Shown piece by piece: positions 59,201 through 64,000 of a stretch of 64,000 nt of DNA. Under the pieces are notes generated by a model. It saw only the letters and a list, made by a program, of their open reading frames with translations, made no database searches and was not told the DNA's origin. The translations under genes were made by a program, and so were the position numbers. Each line of letters begins with the position of its first letter. The stretch's first letter is position 1. Origin of the DNA: an uncultured Gemmatimonadaceae bacterium (lineage in GTDB: Bacteria > Gemmatimonadota > Gemmatimonadetes > Gemmatimonadales > Gemmatimonadaceae); contig CAWFQK010000003.1 of assembly GCA_963817955.1 (NCBI GenBank), forward strand, positions 192,001-256,000, given 5' to 3'.

Positions 59201-60462
59201 TGCTGAGCGTCGTCGAGTAGCACGCAGAGCGGACGTTCGTACGCGGCGGCGTCGGTCAGCGCAGCGATGCCCTCGAAGAAGCGAATACGTCCGGCCTCGT
59301 CCTCCACTGCCGGCGCGTTCGGCAAATCGAACGAGTCTCGGAGCTCCGGCAGGAGCCGCGCGGCCTCCGCGAGCAAGTGCCGGCTTGCACCAGATATCCC
59401 CGACGCACGCACCAAGGGCCGGAGTGCTTCAGCGATGCTTGCATAGGGAAGGGCGCCCCCGGTCGTGGCCTCGTGGCCGCGAAGGACCTGCACTCCGCCA
59501 AGGCTGCGCACCCGATCGGCAAATTCGTCGAATAGGCGCGACTTGCCCATGCCCGGATCGCCCTCTACGAGAACCGTAGCTCCCTTTTCGGATCGCAGGC
59601 GCGTGAGCCGCGCGAGCATGCGTGAGATTTCGGATTCCCGTCCCACGAACGTGGCGACCTTGCGACCGTTGGCGGCGACTTCCGCCTGGGCGCGTGGCGT
59701 GTCTTTAGGGTTCCGCCGCTCGAGCCGCTCGATGATGGCGCGGATATTCGACGGAACCGGAAGGTCCAGCTCTTCCTTCAGGCGGGCCGCGTAGGCCTTG
59801 GCAGCTGCGAGCGCGTTGGCATGGCGTCCCGCAGTGACGAGCGTATTGACCTGAAAGACGGCCGCTTCCCCGTCGAATGGCGCCATGGTCGTGAGCCGCT
59901 CGGCGAGCTGGATGGCGTCGCGAATCCGGCCCGAAGCGACTGCCTGTTCACCGGCCGCAAGGAGGGCTTCCTCGAAATGCGACCGAAGACGCACTCGCTC
60001 GGCGTCTGCCCAGCGGTCGAAAGCCGACTCTCCCACCTCAAACGCCTCGAGGAATTCGCCGCCGTATGCGGCGATGGCGTCGTCCCACCGCCCGTCCTCG
60101 AACGCAGCAACAAAGACGTCGCGATCGGTGGCAAGTCCACAGTTTGGTGCAATGGCGACGTCGTCACGGTGTTGCGGGAGCACCTCGTCGCCCAATGCGG
60201 TGCGCAGGCGGTGGAGAGACTGGCGGAAGGCGTTGCGTGCCTTTTCTTCCGGGATCTCGCCCCAGAGAATGCTGATCAGCTCGTCGCGCCGGGATCGGCC
60301 GCGTACCGCGATGTATGCCAGCATTGCCAGAGACTTGCCTGGACCGAGTCCGGGCAGCGCCCGTCCGTCCTGCGCGGCGATGGCGGGCGAGCCGAGAAGC
60401 CGCAAGGAGTAGCGGGGTGGCTCGTTGGATGGTGGGTCTTGCGGCTGGATTGGCGGCGTCAC
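56299..60462 (-). CDS. SARP/BTAD transcriptional activator fused to AAA (STAND) ATPase, TM helix, PD40 beta-propeller, Ig-like and lectin-like domains
   Basis: LRLLG..RDELISILW..RQSLHRLR; W...ER BTAD; FVGRE, GDPGMGKS, LDDAQ; TM AIAISIVVFLAGMAF; WSPD repeats. Confidence 0.85.
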   Translation of the reverse strand: MTPPIQPQDPPSNEPPRYSLRLLGSPAIAAQDGRALPGLGPGKSLAMLAYIAVRGRSRRDELISILWGEIPEEKARNAFRQSLHRLRTALGDEVLPQHRDDVAIAPNCGLATDRDVFVAAFEDGRWDDAIAAYGGEFLEAFEVGESAFDRWADAERVRLRSHFEEALLAAGEQAVASGRIRDAIQLAERLTTMAPFDGEAAVFQVNTLVTAGRHANALAAAKAYAARLKEELDLPVPSNIRAIIERLERRNPKDTPRAQAEVAANGRKVATFVGRESEISRMLARLTRLRSEKGATVLVEGDPGMGKSRLFDEFADRVRSLGGVQVLRGHEATTGGALPYASIAEALRPLVRASGISGASRHLLAEAARLLPELRDSFDLPNAPAVEDEAGRIRFFEGIAALTDAAAYERPLCVLLDDAQHASSSTLDLLTYLSHRLHDSPILFVVAYSPDRSAQQTIERLRELATVDEQSPDTRIELGPLSHDETTTLVREQLPEATRTAVDVERIAHASRGVPVTAIELARRAAAGQGASDLPASMRDMLWARLQGASPSQRRVFFAASLFERTASLRLLAAAAHLPESATFDAVEDLTRVGLLRAISDGYVVSHDSTTSFLVDGSGLAGRALLAGWAGDALAAEPDCTDSELAALYAVAGRSREAFAHARKAAFTAASMGASPEVVRLLGIALTFAPNAAARQDIDALLVAFGGGRLALPSPEEAAAAPAVETVEASEPDVVVEPLDLPAQTAEPSTSATAHIPFAVRKRATRAQWARAIAISIVVFLAGMAFRRAVTTRMAAGSVADTLIVSERDARGQNQLRADVGALRGASVLVPIPTNAAGLQWIDSLGAPWLAPIVAPDRQRVALERVTTRGREVYVLSADRHDTLIIAAGPGDNTALAWSPDSRSLLVSRSRTLDDGSFDTDLFRASIDQRNVLVPIDTSASRTVTEARWSPTGLWVAWVARSTSGRQRDVFVSRPDGSEQRNLSANPADDYNINWSPDGSMLVFTSTRNGGPRLYVYDFDNARLWPVSDRNGDDGAVFSPDGRMLAFQSVRDGDLGIYVRPTLGGSPRRVTPPGRQFGIARWDGAARVYIDRVRVLGSAALGVGDTVRLTAFTVSVAGALVSGTIADWKVLDPGIIALSDSAPGTGNTAGLKVVGRAVGNVRVVALLPGWRADTLTLAVTSTERLHITDEFIGSTVSAQWLPLGAPLPYVGVIAGSAKRAVYPNGDMEWESGVLLRPGLELRSGLHVRARLFAPFSGRPSAATATMALVPLADVTAIDRAAPRFAPMAAVSWDGAAGVLMYSVGQQTSSEPVSLFRPADSHTVEITIGGDQVVTFSVDGQVRWRSSLKFLGDEMATPAQLWLGGRATGSTVALSDLLVELPGRAVRR

Positions 60463-60525
60463 GCGTCAGTTGATGAAGACTAGACGTAAAGTCGTAAACG
60501 AAACCACAACAGCATCTTGCGAGGC

Positions 60526-60579
60526 CGTAACACGCGAAAGGACAGGAGTAACGGCCAGCTAACGGTCGGGGGCGATAAT
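60526..60579 (+). promoter_or_regulatory. Direct-repeat activator motif, copy A, with -10-like GATAAT
   Basis: GTAAC(60527), GTAACGGC(60548), CTAAC(60559), GATAAT(60574). Confidence 0.65.
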
Positions 60580-60674
60580 ACCAGCGTATGCAGCAAACTG
60601 AAGCACGTACAGCAGGGGTGGACGGCAGATTCGGATGGCCCAAGTCTATGGTTTAGACGGCTATTTGCCACCTC

Positions 60675-60728
60675 CGTAACACGGCAGCCGTGAGCAGTAA
60701 CGGCGGCGTAACCCTGCACTCGTATGTT
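60675..60728 (+). promoter_or_regulatory. Direct-repeat activator motif, copy B, with -10-like TATGTT
   Basis: GTAAC(60676), GTAACGGC(60697), GTAAC(60708), TATGTT(60723). Confidence 0.65.
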
Positions 60729-60772
60729 CGTCTTTGTTGGATGGCAGTACTGAACAGTGACTGGGAAGGAAG

Positions 60773-61362
60773 ATGAACCTTCGACGCAGAAGCACGAGAC
60801 GGAAGACCGGATTTACCCTGCCGGAAATCATCGTCACCATCTCGCTGATCGCGGCACTCGCGGCGGTTGTGGTGCCGACGGTGATCAGTCAGGTGAAGAA
60901 GGGAGATCCATCTCGTATCGGGAATGATTTCCTCGCCGTGCGCGGCGCGTCGGAGCAGTTCCTGACCGACATACGGAAATACCCGAGTTCGATGTATCAA
61001 CTCACGAACGTCATCACGACGTCGCAAACGGGGCTCGTGGGTACGTCGATCGCGAACTATGGGCAGGCCGAAGTGAACCGCTGGCGCGGGCCGTATCTGA
61101 ATAAGGACAGCGCGGCCGCACGCATCACCGGCTACGGGCTGACAGATGAACATCAACTTCGATACGGTGTCGCTGGCTTCGAGCGGCGCTGCGAGCGCGG
61201 CGGGACAGAAGTATATGGTCATTGCGATTCCGATGACCGACTCGCTCTGCTGCTCTCGAGGTGGACCGCCAGTTCGACGACGGCGTGTTACTGACCGGTG
61301 CAATCCGGTATTTGAAAGGGGCGACAGACACGCTGAAATTTTTATTGATGCCTATTTACTGA
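60773..61362 (+). CDS. Prepilin-type pilin 5, interrupted by two +1 frameshifts (~61144, ~61248)
   Basis: RRKTG/FTLPE; WRGPYL; the reconstructed tail ALEVDRQFDDG...LKFLLMPIY* matches its paralogs. Confidence 0.75.
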
Positions 61363-61441
61363 GCCGATTGCGGCTCTGATGGACTTTTCGATTCCCCGCA
61401 GCAGGCAGTTCGTTCCCTACTCGACCCTTAGGAGAAGACAG

Positions 61442-62033
61442 ATGAAGAAGAACGTTCGTCGCGGCTTTACGCTGCCTGAGATCTTGGTGACGGTGACGGT
61501 AGTGGCGGTGCTCGCCGCCGTGGTCGTGCCGGCGGTGACGCAGTATGTGAGCAAGGGCGACGTCGCCAGCGACCCTGTCGGACATCCAGCAGGTACGCAA
61601 TGCGATTACGGCCTATATTGCGGATACACGTGTTAATCCCCACGTACTTTTACGATCTGACGTCGACCAGTAATGGCGTCACGGGGTACAAGGGTTCGTA
61701 TCTGGCCGCCACGCTTACTGGGGTAACTGGGGCGGGCACGTTCACGAGCGCGGGACTCGGAATCAAATTTGGTCCGAGTCTGGACGCTGATTAATACCAC
61801 CGGGGTACTTGACTACTTCGCTCAAGTTCCCGGATAACACTAAGTGCTCAGTTCTCTTCGCCCTGGACCAGGCGATTGATGGCGCCGGTGGCGTCACCTC
61901 CTCGGCGACGTCAGGGACCACGGCAACCACCGGTTCCCTCGTCTGGAGTGCCACCAATACCTGTAACACCAATCCAAACGGCACGATAACCGGCACTGAT
62001 GTCACGCTCAAACTTGTGGCGATCGGAACCTGA
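61442..62033 (+). CDS. Prepilin-type pilin 6, interrupted by 3-4 frameshifts (~61568, ~61641, 61783-61805)
   Basis: AGGAG RBS; VRRG/FTLPE; YKGSYL; tail C..LFALDQAIDG...C. Confidence 0.72.
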
Positions 62034-62049
62034 TCTGAGGCGCGCGATG

Positions 62050-62096
62050 TAAACGAGAGGGGCGAGCGTATGATGTACGCTCGCCCCTCTCGTTTA
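62050..62096. terminator. Perfect 21-bp inverted repeat, probable bidirectional terminator
   Basis: TAAACGAGAGGGGCGAGCGTA-tgatg-TACGCTCGCCCCTCTCGTTTA between convergent genes. Confidence 0.8.
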
Positions 62097-62107
62097 ACCT
62101 CACCGGA

Positions 62108-63815
62108 CTACTTGCCAATAATGATATGTCCAATCGCCATGATCCGTATTGGAAGGTGCTGACGCTCCAACTCAGGTTTTGTGACTACATGCACCGAGAC
62201 ATGTCGCGCTTTCATTGAGTCCACGAAGTTCCGCGGCAGCTGGTCCGCATTGAAGATCTTCGGCACGTCGCGCAAGAACGGATCGTTTCGCAGTAGCTGG
62301 CGTCCCCACATCACCTGATCTGACGGAAATACGACGGCGTCTGCCCGCAGCGACGCCATCCACTCGTAGCCGCGCCGGTACGGTCCAACGATGCGCTCGA
62401 CGCCATTTGCGCGCAGCGGGATCTGCGCCACGATCGTGATACCGACCGAGGCCAACACCAGTCTGGCGGCACGACGCCAGCCAACCGCGCGCGCCAGCAA
62501 CTCGGCGCCGATAGCGGCCAACAACGCCAGGTTGCCGAGCCCATCATACATGTATCTGTAGCCCCAACCCTCGCCTTGCAAAGGGCTAAGAAAGGTCCGT
62601 GCGATTACGATGAATAGCAGTGACGCAGCAGCATCGCGTGAAAACGTGTCGAGCCGCCGCCACCGGATTATCGCCGCCACAGCGAGAATCGTCACGATCA
62701 ATCCATTCCAGCTCGGGAATAAGTGCGAGGTCCATGGCTGAAGTCAAACGGACTTCGGCAGCCGGGATCGAAAACAGGTGAGCCGCGACGCCGGCCGTCG
62801 CGCTGGGAGACGCAAAGGTCGATGAACCTGGCGACGAGAGTCCCTGCATGTACCCATACCAGTACGAAAGCCCCAACAGGTACACGGCAGCGACGTATCC
62901 GAACACCGCGAACCGCTTGTCGCGCAAATACCGCAGGATAAAGACCGCCGCAAACAGACCATGCGGAAACGGACTGTGGACGCCAAGCGCAATCACGCCG
63001 ACCCATGGCAGCAATAGCAGGCTGGTGCGCCGGTTGTCGACGTACAACCAGAGCCAGACGAGCGACACGAGCAGGTGTGTCGGCATCGAGAAGAAGGTCA
63101 TCGACATGAACATGACCTGCGTCGATGTCGCGAAGAACAGCGCCGCCAAGTAGGCGCGCGCCGGCCGATCGGGCCACACCTTTCTCGCGATCGATGCCAC
63201 GAGGCAAAGCGATAGTGCCGCAATGACGGGTCCACCGAGCCGTCCAACGCCAGCGGCAATGAACGGCGCGTTGATGAGCGAGTGGAGCGGCAAGAAGCCC
63301 AATCGCCAGGTACAATCGGCTCCGGCAACGATCGACGTCGGCGTCAATGCGTTGATGTAAGGGCACCACGCTGCGGGAACCGTCGCAAAGGCGCGCCCCC
63401 GCGCGAATATCTGCGCTTGAAACCATGCCGAATACTCGTCATCGGCCAGCAGGTATCCGTGAAACACGAGCCGGATGCCCGCGTACACGACAACCAGCAA
63501 CGCGAGGGCGAGCAGGGCGATTCGCCACTGCTTGAATTCCCACTGTGGCACATCTCGCGGTATGTCGCTGTCGCCCGCTGCGGTCCTCAGAGTGAGCAGC
63601 ACCACGGCGGCAAAGGCCGCGACCAACAGCAATGCGGGCGCCTCTATCTTCACATACTGCTCAAAGAAGAGGCTGTACATCGTGTATTGCACGTTGTCGA
63701 CGACAGGGATGGCGAGAAGCCCTGCGCCTATAATGCCGAGCGTGCCGAAGCATGCCAGTCGAATAGCCGCGCGAGCAGACGGAACGTCCATCTGATCGCT
63801 GATTGGGACGGGCAT
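62108..63815 (-). CDS. Polytopic membrane glycosyltransferase (GT-C/ArnT-like), one frameshift at ~62716
   Basis: Many TM segments; ADDEYSAWFQAQIF acidic loop; GWGYRY; removing one base of the GGG at 62715-17 joins the two ORFs; GGAGG RBS. Confidence 0.65.
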
Positions 63816-63846
63816 GTCTGGTCCTCCGGCGAGTGGATACGCGGCG

Positions 63847-64000
63847 CTACGGTTTCACGCGCGCATTGACGATCAATTCCGCCACCCCGCGCCCAACGCC
63901 GAACCGCTTCATGATCGCGTCCGCCGAGAGCGAGTCCACATTCACCGGCAATTGATAGAACACCACTGCCGGCACGCTTGGCACCTTGCTCGCCGAGTTG
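63847..64000 (-). CDS. 3' end of a gene with a helix-hairpin-helix-like tail (partial)
   Basis: LPVNVDSLSADAIMKRFGVGRGVAELIVNARE resembles a ComEA-type HhH; the stop position assumes another +1 frameshift. Confidence 0.35.
   Translation of the reverse strand, partial: NSASKVPSVPAVVFYQLPVNVDSLSADAIMKRFGVGRGVAELIVNARVKP

Noticed and set aside
49982..62033. Diversity-generating retroelement or invertase shufflon acting on the pilins
   Set aside because: No reverse transcriptase or recombinase gene, and no near-identical template/variable repeat pair was seen

Overview
High-GC bacterial chromosome segment, probably near the replication origin (mnmG-parA-parB with two parS-like palindromes). The gene content and style resemble Gemmatimonadota, but that is inference only. 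Positions 1-49.8 kb are mostly housekeeping and metabolic genes: a nucleoside/sugar ABC subunit pair, parAB, mnmG, an ABC-F protein, murB, an M16 peptidase pair, ispG, two cold-shock genes, an argHG-argR/argCBDA cluster with tandem ARG boxes, peptidases, a LigD polymerase domain, NrtR, a GH3 enzyme and YggX. This part also holds several operator-like palindromes, REP-like repeats and a decayed GxxExxY-like element. Positions 49.8-64 kb form an accessory surface-structure locus. It has six GspG/type IV pilin-like genes in three pairs, a ~1100-aa Ig/CARDB-like repeat lipoprotein, a GT-C-like membrane glycosyltransferase and a 1387-aa membrane-spanning SARP/BTAD-STAND-beta-propeller regulator. 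A three-part direct-repeat motif (CGTWACAC-N14-GTAACGGC-N3-nTAAY, followed by a -10-like hexamer) occurs three times, upstream of two of the pilin pairs, and fits SARP-type binding geometry. This is the best candidate for an undescribed system. The last ~9 kb carry about 8-9 frameshifts that all read as single extra bases, most likely sequencing or assembly errors. No tRNA, rRNA or CRISPR array was seen.
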